Shown here one piece after another: positions 48,261 through 57,406 of a stretch of 64,000 bases of DNA. The position numbers were made by a program, and so were the translations under genes. The notes under the pieces were generated by a model. That model ran no database searches and had not been told where the DNA came from. It saw only the letters and a list, made by a program, of their open reading frames with translations. The stretch lies in assembly GCA_964291625.2 (NCBI GenBank), contig OZ220090.1, positions 544,001 to 608,000 of the forward strand. Reading direction: 5' to 3'. Every line of letters begins with the position of its first letter. The first letter of the stretch is position 1. The stretch is from Candidatus Latescibacterota bacterium (GTDB lineage Bacteria; Latescibacterota; UBA2968; UBA8231).

Positions 48261-50051
48261 TCACGTCCGGTGGAAGAGCCGATCGAGCTCGTGGAGAAGG
48301 ATCTTGATCAGGATCGGCCGGCCGTGAGGACAGGCGAAGGGCTCGCGCGCGTTGAGTAGTTTGCGGACCAGCGACTCCATCTCCGGGATGGAGAGCCTCT
48401 CGCCGGCGCGGATCGAAGTGTGGCAGGCCATCGATGCGGCGACGGCGTCCCGTGCCTCCGGTCGCACATCCAGCTCCTCGATCAGGTCGGACAGGATCTC
48501 GTGGAACAGGTCTCCGTCACCCCAGTGACGCAGCCCAGGCGGGATGGCATCGATCAAGAGACTCGCGGGACCGAACTCGCGCACGCCGAATCCCAGTCTC
48601 TCGAACAGCTCACGGGCCTGGAGAAAGGCCTCCATCTCCACGGGGCTGACCGTGACTGTCAGGGGCACCAACAGCTGCTGAGAGGCCCCACCTTCCGCTT
48701 CGAGAGCGTCCTGCACCTCCTCGAAGCGGACCCGCTCGTGGGCCACGTGCTGATCGACGACGAGGAGTCCGTCACGGATGGGGATCAGCAGGTACTTGTC
48801 GTGGATCTGCCAGGATATGGTGGAGCGCCGCGCCTCTCCCAGGGTCTGGCGGCCCACGGCGTCTGCCGACACCGGCTCCCCGGGGACGGGGGCCGCTGGC
48901 AGGAGGGTCAGTCTCATCTGATCCGCCGCCCCATCCCACGGCTCTGGCTCGGCGACATAGCCGCTCCCGCTCTCGGCCAAACCCTCGACCGCCGTCTCCG
49001 CGGCCGGCGCCGCCTCGTCGGCCGCGCCTGACGGATAGGAGTAGGTCTGCGCCTCGGGGACCTTCAGGGCATCTCGCACCGCCTTCTGCACCAGCTGCCG
49101 CAACTCCGGCTCCCGGGAGAAGCGCACCTCCCGCTTCGTCGGATGGACGTTGACGTCGAGATGGCGGGGATCCAGGTCCAGCCACAGGACGAACTCGGGA
49201 TGGCCGTTGTGGGGCAGCAGCGAGCCGTACCCGTTGTAGACGGCGGTGGCAAGGGGGCGGCATGTGATGGGGCGCTGCCGGACGACGACGTACTGCCTGG
49301 AACGGGCCCGCCCGCAATCTCCCGGCGGTTTCAGGAATCCCTCGACCCGCGCCTCCGCTCCACCGACTTCCGCCTCCCCCTGAACGGCCAGGAGCCTCCC
49401 GGCCTCGAGGCGGAGCAGCTCCGCCGCTCGCAGGCCCCGCTCCCCCGGGGGCAGGTCGAGGATCTGCCGGCCTCCCTGATCGAGGCGGAAGGAGACCTCC
49501 GGCCGGGCGGCGGCCAGGGCCACGACGGCCTGGGTCACATGCCGCAGCTCCGTGTCCCGGTGGCGCATGAACTTCCTCCGAGCGGGGGTGTTGTAGAACA
49601 GACCGCGGATCTCGATGGTGGTGCCCACGTCTCGCCCCACGGGCAGTAGTTCGCGCTGCACTCCGCCTTCGACGACGAGACGCGTGCCCTCGTCGCCCCC
49701 GGCGGGACGGCTCTCCACGGTCAGTCGGGAGACGGCGGCGATGCTGGCCAGGGCCTCTCCCCGAAACCCCATGGTGGAGATGGTGAACAGGTCCGTGGGC
49801 GTTCGCATCTTGCTGGTGGCGTGGCGCTCGGTGCAGAGCTCCACGTCCTCCCGAGACATGCCCAGACCGTTGTCGGCGACGTGAATCCCCTGGAGGCCCG
49901 CCTCCTCGATCTCGATCCCTATGCGGCTGGCCCCGGCGTCGAGGGCGTTCTCCACCAGCTCCTTGACCGCCGATGCGGGCCGTTCGATCACCTCCCCGGC
50001 GGCGATCTTGAGCACCAAGCTCTGGGGCAACCGCTGGATGCTCGCGCCCAT
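48261..50051 (-). CDS. mutL: DNA mismatch repair endonuclease MutL
   Basis: IAAGEVIERP, GFRGEAL, DVNVHPTK, DQHVAHER, CPHGRP; ATG 50051. Confidence 0.97.
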   Translation of the reverse strand: MGASIQRLPQSLVLKIAAGEVIERPASAVKELVENALDAGASRIGIEIEEAGLQGIHVADNGLGMSREDVELCTERHATSKMRTPTDLFTISTMGFRGEALASIAAVSRLTVESRPAGGDEGTRLVVEGGVQRELLPVGRDVGTTIEIRGLFYNTPARRKFMRHRDTELRHVTQAVVALAAARPEVSFRLDQGGRQILDLPPGERGLRAAELLRLEAGRLLAVQGEAEVGGAEARVEGFLKPPGDCGRARSRQYVVVRQRPITCRPLATAVYNGYGSLLPHNGHPEFVLWLDLDPRHLDVNVHPTKREVRFSREPELRQLVQKAVRDALKVPEAQTYSYPSGAADEAAPAAETAVEGLAESGSGYVAEPEPWDGAADQMRLTLLPAAPVPGEPVSADAVGRQTLGEARRSTISWQIHDKYLLIPIRDGLLVVDQHVAHERVRFEEVQDALEAEGGASQQLLVPLTVTVSPVEMEAFLQARELFERLGFGVREFGPASLLIDAIPPGLRHWGDGDLFHEILSDLIEELDVRPEARDAVAASMACHTSIRAGERLSIPEMESLVRKLLNAREPFACPHGRPILIKILLHELDRLFHRT

Positions 50052-50053
50052 CG

Positions 50054-50632
50054 CTACAGCTCCGGGGCGATCTCGGAGACGCGGCGCTCGTACTCCTCCT
50101 GGGTCATGCGCCCCTCCTCCAGGTCCTTGCGGGCCCGGGCCAGGCGCTCCCGGGGACTGCCGATCCGCCGGTGCATCCGGGCCTGCTGCACCAAGTTGTA
50201 CAGTCCGAAGAGGAGGAGGCCGCCGATGGCGGCCATCCAGGCCGACTCGCGCCACCAGCGTCCGCGGTCGGTGCCCACGGACAGGGCCACCCCGGAGGCC
50301 CGCCACCGGGCGAGGGCCTCGATCACCACAGCCTCGTCCGGCATCGGCACGATGATGTCCTTCGTCAGGGACCGGTGGCCCTCCTCCTCGATGACCACCG
50401 GTTGACGCAGCCGGCCGATGAGCCTGCCCTCCACCACCTCGATCCTCTCGATCATGTCCTGGGACACCAGCTCCTCCAGGCGCTCCGGACGGATGGCGGT
50501 CTCGGAGGGTGCCAGCAGGCTCAGCAGCAGGAGCAGGCTGATCAGTCCCAGGGCCAGAATCAGGGCGAGGGCCGTGGCCGAGGGTCCCTGGCTCGTCCCG
50601 AAGCTCTCCCTGGTCTCGTCGTGGGTTGTCAC
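50054..50632 (-). CDS. Membrane protein: TM - FtsH-extracellular-like loop - TM - SHOCT-like tail
   Basis: Two hydrophobic helices flanking LEELVSQDMIERIEV; C-terminal LEEGRMTQEEYERR. Confidence 0.6.
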   Translation of the reverse strand: MTTHDETRESFGTSQGPSATALALILALGLISLLLLLSLLAPSETAIRPERLEELVSQDMIERIEVVEGRLIGRLRQPVVIEEEGHRSLTKDIIVPMPDEAVVIEALARWRASGVALSVGTDRGRWWRESAWMAAIGGLLLFGLYNLVQQARMHRRIGSPRERLARARKDLEEGRMTQEEYERRVSEIAPEL

Positions 50633-51492
50633 CTGAGCTCCCTCTCTCCCAGCCGGCGTCCGTGGCGTGCCGCCCGGTGCAGCCAGGCCGCCAGTTGCAG
50701 GGCGCGGCCCAGCCCCTCGGCCAGAGGGTCGGGGGCCGCCTCGCGTCCCTGCGCGGCGGCCAGCAGGTCTCCGTACTGTCGGCGCAAGCCGGTCATGCGG
50801 GCCTCGCGCAGGTCCTCGTGGACGAGGGCGCGGCCGCGATGGCCGTAGAGCTCGAAGGCTGCGTCCGCCTCCGTCTCAGCTCCAAGGGCATGAACCTCCA
50901 GCACCGCTTCCAGTCCATTGAGGAACTCCATGTGGGCGAGGGCCAGATCCTCCTCCGGCCGGTTGCGGACCATCGCCCGGGTGTGGGCGGCCACCGTGTC
51001 GATGCCGCCGAAGAGCTCCTCCAGCAGCAGGGGCGCCCAGAGGGCGTGCGACCCGAGGACGCCACCCGTCCCCGACAAGGCTCGGGGCACCCGGACCCGC
51101 AGGCGGGCGAAGACCGGCCTCTCGACCCGGGTGGCGGAGCGCCGCACCTCGTCGGCAAAACCGGAGTGCAGGCTCGGGGCGTCGATGCGCAGCATGCCCT
51201 GCCGTTCCGCTCCCACCAAGTCCCGCAGCTCCCCCGCCCGCCTCCCGGCGACGGGAGGACAGGCGCACAGGACCCCGTTCCCCGCTTCCAGGGCCTGGCG
51301 CACCCAGTATCCACGCTCCGACGGCGGCGAGAGAACGGTGACGATCCCCACCCGCGGGTCTGCCAACCACCCCTCCGGACTCTCCTCCCCCGCGGGCTCG
51401 AGGGCTCGCAGACCGTCCACGGCGTCGACGGCCGCCAGGTGGCGGCAACGCTCCTCGGTCCCCAGAACGGCAACTCCCATCTCTTCCGACAA
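50629..51492 (-). CDS. Gfo/Idh/MocA-like oxidoreductase, degenerate
   Basis: LADPRVGIV, ALEAG.GVLC, EDLALAHMEF.NG, ELYG..G. Confidence 0.65.
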   Translation of the reverse strand: MSEEMGVAVLGTEERCRHLAAVDAVDGLRALEPAGEESPEGWLADPRVGIVTVLSPPSERGYWVRQALEAGNGVLCACPPVAGRRAGELRDLVGAERQGMLRIDAPSLHSGFADEVRRSATRVERPVFARLRVRVPRALSGTGGVLGSHALWAPLLLEELFGGIDTVAAHTRAMVRNRPEEDLALAHMEFLNGLEAVLEVHALGAETEADAAFELYGHRGRALVHEDLREARMTGLRRQYGDLLAAAQGREAAPDPLAEGLGRALQLAAWLHRAARHGRRLGERELR

Positions 51493-51613
51493 CAGCTTTC
51501 CCCCTCCCGCCTGAGCCTCGAGAGTCGAGAGATTCGAGGATGATAGGGGTCCTCGCAGCCCCCGGCCAAAGGGCCCATGGGGAGATGCCGTGAGGATTTC
51601 CGGACGGAAGGGC

Positions 51614-52615
51614 TCAAGCCTTCGCGGGGCCGTCCCGCCCCTCCTTCTCCCTTGCCGCCTGCCTGTGCATCTGTCGGATGAGGCGCTTGTTGAACTCCTG
51701 GGCCGCGTGATAGCCGTCGATGCGGAGCAGGTAGTTGAAGGCGATCGTCTCGGCGATGACGGTGATGTTCTTTCCGGGGTAGATCGGAACGATGATCTCC
51801 GGAACCTCCACCCCGAGGATGGTGAAAGCGCGGTCCTCGATGCCCGTGCGCTCGTAGTCGAGGTCGTCCTCCCAGTCCACGAGGGTGAGGACGACCTCGA
51901 CTCGTTTCTGCCGGCGGGTTCCGCCGACGCCGAAGAGCCGCTTCACGTCCACGATGCCGATGCCCCGGATCTCGATGTGGTCCTGCAGCAGCCGCGGCGG
52001 ACGGCCCATGAGCAGCCCGTGCGACTGGCGGGTGATGATCACCGTGTCGTCGGCCACGAGCCGGTGACCGCGCTCGACGAGATCGAGACCGACCTCGCTC
52101 TTGCCGATGGCGCTGCGGCCCATCACCAGGAGCCCCACCCCGTGGACATCGACGAGGGTTCCGTGGAGGGTCACCTGGGGGGCGAAGTGATCGTCCAGGT
52201 AGAAGTGGAGGAGATGGATGAACTTGGTGGTGTCGTACTCCGAACGCAGCAGGGGGATCCCGTACTTGTCGGCGAGGCGGCGCAACTCGGGGAGGAGCCG
52301 GCCCCGGCCGGTGACGATCACGCAGGGCAGCTCGAACTGGTAGATGATTTCCAGGGCCTGGATCCGGCGGTCCGGAGGCAGGCTCCGGAGGTACTCCAGC
52401 TCGTGGTTGCCGAGGATCTGCACCAGGTCGAAGGTGAAGACCTCGACGAAGCCGGTGAGGGTCAGTCCGGGCCGATGGACGTCGCTGCTGTTGATGGAGC
52501 GGCCCATCCCCCGCTCCCCTGCCAACAGACGCAGACCGAGACGGCGGCCATACTCCTTGAGCAGGGTGTCGATCTTCATCCGCGCCTCGCCCTGGCTGCT
52601 CGCAGGGGTGCTCAT
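51614..52615 (-). CDS. hprK: HPr(Ser) kinase/phosphorylase
   Basis: HRPGL, LHGTLVDV.GVG, GRSAIGKSE, RGHRLVADD, EIRGIGI. Confidence 0.96.
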   Translation of the reverse strand: MSTPASSQGEARMKIDTLLKEYGRRLGLRLLAGERGMGRSINSSDVHRPGLTLTGFVEVFTFDLVQILGNHELEYLRSLPPDRRIQALEIIYQFELPCVIVTGRGRLLPELRRLADKYGIPLLRSEYDTTKFIHLLHFYLDDHFAPQVTLHGTLVDVHGVGLLVMGRSAIGKSEVGLDLVERGHRLVADDTVIITRQSHGLLMGRPPRLLQDHIEIRGIGIVDVKRLFGVGGTRRQKRVEVVLTLVDWEDDLDYERTGIEDRAFTILGVEVPEIIVPIYPGKNITVIAETIAFNYLLRIDGYHAAQEFNKRLIRQMHRQAAREKEGRDGPAKA

Positions 52616-53529
52616 TCGGCTGCCTCCCTGGCCACGGCGTCGCCGTGGGCCCGCCGGAAGCCGTCGTAGCGGCTGCCGGAGATCTGTCCTCGCTCCACCG
52701 CCTCGCGGATGGCGCATCCCGGCTCGTGGATGTGCGTACAGTCGCGGAACCGGCATCCGCCGGCCAGGGGCTTCATCTCGCGGTAGTACTCCACCAGGTC
52801 CGACGCTCCCACCCCCCACGGCTGGAGCTGCTTGAGGCCGGGCGTGTCGACCACGTAGCCGCCGCCGCGCAGCCGGTGCAGGGAGGCCGCCGTCGTGGTG
52901 TGGCGCCCCCGGTCGTGATGGCGCATCAACCCCTGCGTCTTCAGGCCGAGCCCCGGCTCGAGTCGGTTGAGGATCGCCGACTTGCCCACCCCGGAGGGGC
53001 CGACCAGGACCGAGACGCCGTCGCGGAAGGACTCGGCCAGGGACTCCATCCCGGCGCCGGTGGCGGCGCTGACCTCGACCACCCGGTAGTCGAGGTCGCG
53101 GTATAGGTCCACCAGGGGCCGGCGGCTGTCTCCGTCGTCGAGATCGGTCTTGTTGACGCAGATGACGATCTCCTCGATGCCACCGCTGGAGGCCATGACT
53201 AGGGCGCGGTCGATGAACCCCGGGCTCGGCGCCGGATCGAGGGCGGCGCAGACCACGAAGAAGCGGTCGAGGTTGGAGGCGATGACCTGCCGGGTCGGCC
53301 GCCCGCCGGTGGCCATCCGGGCGAGGTTCGACGTCCGCGGCAGGACCGACTCGATCACCCCGCGGCCGTCCTCGGTGCGGCTCACGCGAACCAGGTCTCC
53401 CGCCACCACCGGGGAGCGGTCCTCCCGGCGCCCGGCCTTCAGGATGCCCCTGAGCTGGCAGAGGATCTCCCCCCGGTCGAGACCGACGAGGACCTCCCAG
53501 CCGGAGACGCGCAGTGCCCGGCCGCGCAA
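52612..53529 (-). CDS. rsgA: Ribosome small subunit-dependent GTPase A
   Basis: NKTDL, GPSGVGKS, GRHTTT, DTPG, CRFRDCTHIHEPGC. Confidence 0.96.
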   Translation of the reverse strand: MRGRALRVSGWEVLVGLDRGEILCQLRGILKAGRREDRSPVVAGDLVRVSRTEDGRGVIESVLPRTSNLARMATGGRPTRQVIASNLDRFFVVCAALDPAPSPGFIDRALVMASSGGIEEIVICVNKTDLDDGDSRRPLVDLYRDLDYRVVEVSAATGAGMESLAESFRDGVSVLVGPSGVGKSAILNRLEPGLGLKTQGLMRHHDRGRHTTTAASLHRLRGGGYVVDTPGLKQLQPWGVGASDLVEYYREMKPLAGGCRFRDCTHIHEPGCAIREAVERGQISGSRYDGFRRAHGDAVAREAAE

Positions 53530-53536
53530 CTCGCGG

Positions 53537-54265
53537 TCACTCGCCGCGGGCGAGGCGCTCTGCGGCGTAGGCTGGCCAGCCGAGGTCGTAGATCTTCTCC
53601 TGGGTACGGCGCAGGGGATACTCGGTGCGTCGAAGCTCGACGTGCTCGGCGTCGACGTCCCACAGGGCGAAGCTGGCGCGCGGGTCCCCGTCGCGGGGCT
53701 GTCCGACGCTGCCGGCGTTGACCAGGTACCGGTGGCGCCCGATGGCCAGTTCCGACGATGTGAGCGGGATGGGCCCGGACTCCATCTGGCAGAACAGGGC
53801 GGCGTGGTGCGTGTGTCCGACGAAGGCGATGCGCCACTCCAGCCGTTCGAGGCACCAGCGGACGTGCTCCAGCAGGTAGAGGGTCTGCCAGTCTTCGGGA
53901 CAGACGGGGTTGGCGTGGGCGAAGACCCCTTCCCCCTCGACGTGGCGGTAGGCGAAGCCCCGGATGTACCCGAGCTCTTCCTCGGCCACGAGGGCCCTCG
54001 ATTCCAGAAGGCTGTCCCGGGCCATGCTGTTGAGCTCGTGAACCCGCTGTCCGTCCACCAGGGCCTGGTCGTGGTTTCCGAGGACGCAGACCGCGCCCGC
54101 CTCCCGCAGCCGGTGGATACAGGCCACCGGGTCGGGACCGTAGCCCACCAGGTCGCCCAGCACGAGGAGCTGGTCGGCGCCTTCCTGGTCGACGGCGATG
54201 AGCACGGCCTCGAGGGCCTCGAGGTTTGCGTGGATGTCGGAGAGAACGGCCAGCCGCATGGTCAA
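53537..54265 (-). CDS. Calcineurin-like metallophosphoesterase
   Basis: SDIHAN, GDLVGYG, GNHD, GHTH, GSVGQPRDGD. Confidence 0.93.
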   Translation of the reverse strand: MTMRLAVLSDIHANLEALEAVLIAVDQEGADQLLVLGDLVGYGPDPVACIHRLREAGAVCVLGNHDQALVDGQRVHELNSMARDSLLESRALVAEEELGYIRGFAYRHVEGEGVFAHANPVCPEDWQTLYLLEHVRWCLERLEWRIAFVGHTHHAALFCQMESGPIPLTSSELAIGRHRYLVNAGSVGQPRDGDPRASFALWDVDAEHVELRRTEYPLRRTQEKIYDLGWPAYAAERLARGE

Positions 54266-55203
54266 TGGAAGAGGGCGCTGATCGACGTCTCTTCGTGGAT
54301 GGCGCGGAGGGCGTCGGCGAAGTGCCGGGCCACGGAGACGACGGCGAGCTTGCTCGAGTCGGCCCGCCCCGGCTGCGGCACCGTGTCGGTGACGACGAGG
54401 GACTCGAGGGCGGATGCCTCGATCCGGCTCGCCGCGTCGGCTGCCAGGGTTCCGTGCACACAGCCCGCGTGGACCGACCGGGCCCCCCGGGCGAGGACGG
54501 CCTCGGCGCCGTCGAGGATGGAGTCCCCGGTGATGATCTCGTCGTCGAAGAGCAGCACGTCGCGGCCCTCAACGGCCCCGATGACGCCGTGCACCTGCCT
54601 CTGGCCCGCGGTCTCCCGGATGTCGATCACCACGAGGGGCAACCCGAGGTGGCGGGCGTACGCCTCGGTCACCTTGGCACGGCTGATGTCGGGGGCTGCG
54701 GCGACGCAGCGCGACAGGTCGAGGCGGTCGGCGAAATGCCCGCAGATCGACGGCACGCCGCTCAGCTGGTCGATGGGGATGCGGCAGAAGCCCATGGTCT
54801 GCGGACTGTGGAGGGTCATCGTCAGGATCCGGTCGGCGCCGGCCTCCACCAGCAGGTCGGCCATCAGGCGGGCAGCGACGGAGATGCGCGGCTCGTCCTT
54901 GCTGTCGGCCAGGGAGTACGGGTAGTAAGGCAGGACCGCGGTGACCCGCCCGGCGGAGGCGTACTTGAGGGCGTCGAGAGCGATGAGCAGCTCCATCAGG
55001 TGATCGCTGACGGGCGGGCAGGAGGTCTGGATCAGGAAGACGTCGCAGCCGCGCACGTTCTCGCAGATCTTGACCTTCACGTTCTCGTTGCTGAAGCAGA
55101 CGAACTCGATGCGCCCCGGCTCGATGCCGAGAGAGCGGCAGATCCCTGCGGCCAGGTCCGGGTTGCTGTTGCCCGCGAAGACCTTGAGTGTCCTGTCGCC
55201 CAT
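54262..55203 (-). CDS. prs: Ribose-phosphate pyrophosphokinase-like protein (degenerate copy)
   Basis: FSNEN, DHLMELL, LHSPQ; catalytic motifs altered (YSLADSK, DIRE, DDEIITGDS). Confidence 0.8.
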   Translation of the reverse strand: MGDRTLKVFAGNSNPDLAAGICRSLGIEPGRIEFVCFSNENVKVKICENVRGCDVFLIQTSCPPVSDHLMELLIALDALKYASAGRVTAVLPYYPYSLADSKDEPRISVAARLMADLLVEAGADRILTMTLHSPQTMGFCRIPIDQLSGVPSICGHFADRLDLSRCVAAAPDISRAKVTEAYARHLGLPLVVIDIRETAGQRQVHGVIGAVEGRDVLLFDDEIITGDSILDGAEAVLARGARSVHAGCVHGTLAADAASRIEASALESLVVTDTVPQPGRADSSKLAVVSVARHFADALRAIHEETSISALFH

Positions 55204-55209
55204 CTCTCT

Positions 55210-55881
55210 TCAGGGCAGCAGGGCCAGCTCCTGGCGGGCCCGCTGAGCAATAGGGGTCCGCCCGTACTCGCGGACCACCCTCTCCAGGATCTCGCGCTGG
55301 CGGGAGGCATCGTCCAGGAGCCGGTAGCATCTGGCCCCGTCCATCAGGGCCATCGCCGAGGGCGGGTGGTCGGGATGGTCGTCGGCGTAGTCCACGAAGG
55401 CCCGGGCCGCGGCGGCGAGGTCGCCCTGGGCCTCGAGGCAGGCCGCCAGGCCCGTGCGGGCCGCGAAGACCAGCGGCGGCTGGTCGCCGTGCTCGTCGAG
55501 GTAACGCTGATACAGCCCCTGGGCGTCGACATAGCGGCCCAGGGTGAAGTAGCGATTGCCGAGGGTGATCATCCCCTGGGCGGCGGCCGGGGTCCCGGCG
55601 TACTCCTCGATCAGCTGGCGGGAGATCGCGACGACGCGGTCGATCTGTCCGGACTGCTCGGCCAGGTCGGCTTCGAAGATCATCGCCGACGCCTGGCTGC
55701 GGGCCTCCAGGCGCTGGCCCTTTACGAAGCTGGCGATGACGATGACGGCGACCACCGCCACCGCGCCGCCGATGAACAGTTGCGCCCGGCTCTTGACGTA
55801 CTCCCCCGCCTGGAGGACCCACTCGAGGAATCGGTCCTCCTCCAACTCCGCCTTGCTCGGCCGCCGGTTACGCTCCTCCAT
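55210..55881 (-). CDS. YfgM-like membrane-anchored TPR protein
   Basis: ELEEDRF, single TM helix, YAGTPAA, TPR helices. Confidence 0.75.
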   Translation of the reverse strand: MEERNRRPSKAELEEDRFLEWVLQAGEYVKSRAQLFIGGAVAVVAVIVIASFVKGQRLEARSQASAMIFEADLAEQSGQIDRVVAISRQLIEEYAGTPAAAQGMITLGNRYFTLGRYVDAQGLYQRYLDEHGDQPPLVFAARTGLAACLEAQGDLAAAARAFVDYADDHPDHPPSAMALMDGARCYRLLDDASRQREILERVVREYGRTPIAQRARQELALLP

Positions 55882-55914
55882 GGGGATCCTTTCCAGGACG
55901 CTGGGTGGTCGAAC

Positions 55915-56442
55915 TCAACCCTCTTCTCCAAACTGAACGGCGCTCTCGATCCGGTACGCCTCCAGTCCCTTCCGGCCTCCCAGGGGCTGGAGCTCGACGA
56001 GGAAGGAGAGACCCGCGACGCGGCCTCCGAGGGCCTCCACCAGCCGGCAGGCGGCGCGGGCGGTCCCTCCCGTGGCCAGTACGTCGTCGAGGACAAGGAC
56101 ACCGTCCCCGGCTCCCAGGGCGTCCTCGTGAACCTCGATCACGGCGCGGCCGTACTCAAGCTGGTACTCCTCCCGGATCGTCTCCCGGGGCAGCCGGCCC
56201 TCCTTGCGCATGGGCACGAAACCGACCCCGAGACGTGTGGCCACCGCCGGGCCGAGGAGGAAGCCGCGCGCCTCGATCCCGGCCACGAGGTCGACGCCGC
56301 TCTCGGCGAAGGGCGCCGCCAGAGCGTCGACGGCGGCCCTCAGCCCCCGGGCATCGCCCAACAGCGGGGTGATGTCCCGGAAGAGCACCCCCGCCTCGGG
56401 AAAGTCGGGCACGTCCCGGATGAGGGCCCGCAGTCGGCTCAC
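55915..56442 (-). CDS. apt: Adenine phosphoribosyltransferase
   Basis: PDFP..GVLFRDIT, EARGF, RKEGRLP, LEYG, DDVLATGGT. Confidence 0.97.
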   Translation of the reverse strand: MSRLRALIRDVPDFPEAGVLFRDITPLLGDARGLRAAVDALAAPFAESGVDLVAGIEARGFLLGPAVATRLGVGFVPMRKEGRLPRETIREEYQLEYGRAVIEVHEDALGAGDGVLVLDDVLATGGTARAACRLVEALGGRVAGLSFLVELQPLGGRKGLEAYRIESAVQFGEEG

Positions 56443-56461
56443 CTCTCCCCCTCCCCTCTCG

Positions 56462-57406
56462 TCAGCCCAGGAGACGGCTCACCGACTCGCCGTGGTGAAT
56501 CGCCTTGATGGCGTCGCCGAAGAGGCGCGCCACGGAGATCGTCTCGATCCTGGACGAGCCCTCGCCGCAGGGCAGCGGAATCGTATTCGTCTTGACGAAG
56601 ACCTCCACCGGCGAGTCGTCGATCTTCGCCAGAGCGTCGCCCGAGAACACCCCGTGGGTGCATCCGGCCATGATGCGCTTGGCTCCACGTTCCTTCAGCA
56701 GGCGGACCGCCTCCATCATCGAGCCGCCGGTGAGGACCTCGTCGTCGAAGATCAGGGCATCCCGTCCGTCGATGTCGCCGATCACGGTCAGGATCTCTGC
56801 GGTCTCGTCGTCGGCGTGGCGGCGCTTGTCCATGATCGCCAGCGGCAGGTCGAGACGATGGGCGTAGAAGCTGGCCTCGGTGGCCGAGCCCACGTCGGGC
56901 GACACCACCACCGCCCGGCTCAGGTCCTTCGTCTGCATCAGGTGGTCGCAGATGAGGTTGGTCGCCCACAGCTGATCGACGGGGATGCGGGAGAAGGCGG
57001 CGATCTGGGGCGAGTGCAGAGTCATGGTGAGGATCCGGTTGGCGCCAGCCGTCTCGAGGAGATCGGCCACGAGGCGGGCGCTGATCGAGATCCGGGGCTC
57101 GTCCTTCTTGTCGGAACGCACGTAGGGGTAGTAGGGCAGGACGGCGGTGATCCGGCGCGCCGAGGCGTACTTCAAGGCGTCGATGAGCAGGAGCAGCTCG
57201 ATGAAGTGGTCGTTCACCGGGGAGCATGAGGTCTGGATGACGAAGACGTCGTCCTCGCGGACATTCTCCTCCACGCGCACCTTGATGGTGTCGTTCGGAG
57301 TCCTCTCGAAGCTCACGCGTCCCGGCGGACAGTCGAGATAGGAGCAGATCTCGGCAGCCAGCTCCGGGTTGCTCGACCCGGACATGATCTTCAGGTAGTT
57401 CTTCAT
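56462..57406 (-). CDS. prs: Ribose-phosphate pyrophosphokinase
   Basis: PYYPYVRSDKK, SPDVG, MDKRR, DDEVLTGGS, THGV. Confidence 0.92.
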   Translation of the reverse strand: MKNYLKIMSGSSNPELAAEICSYLDCPPGRVSFERTPNDTIKVRVEENVREDDVFVIQTSCSPVNDHFIELLLLIDALKYASARRITAVLPYYPYVRSDKKDEPRISISARLVADLLETAGANRILTMTLHSPQIAAFSRIPVDQLWATNLICDHLMQTKDLSRAVVVSPDVGSATEASFYAHRLDLPLAIMDKRRHADDETAEILTVIGDIDGRDALIFDDEVLTGGSMMEAVRLLKERGAKRIMAGCTHGVFSGDALAKIDDSPVEVFVKTNTIPLPCGEGSSRIETISVARLFGDAIKAIHHGESVSRLLG

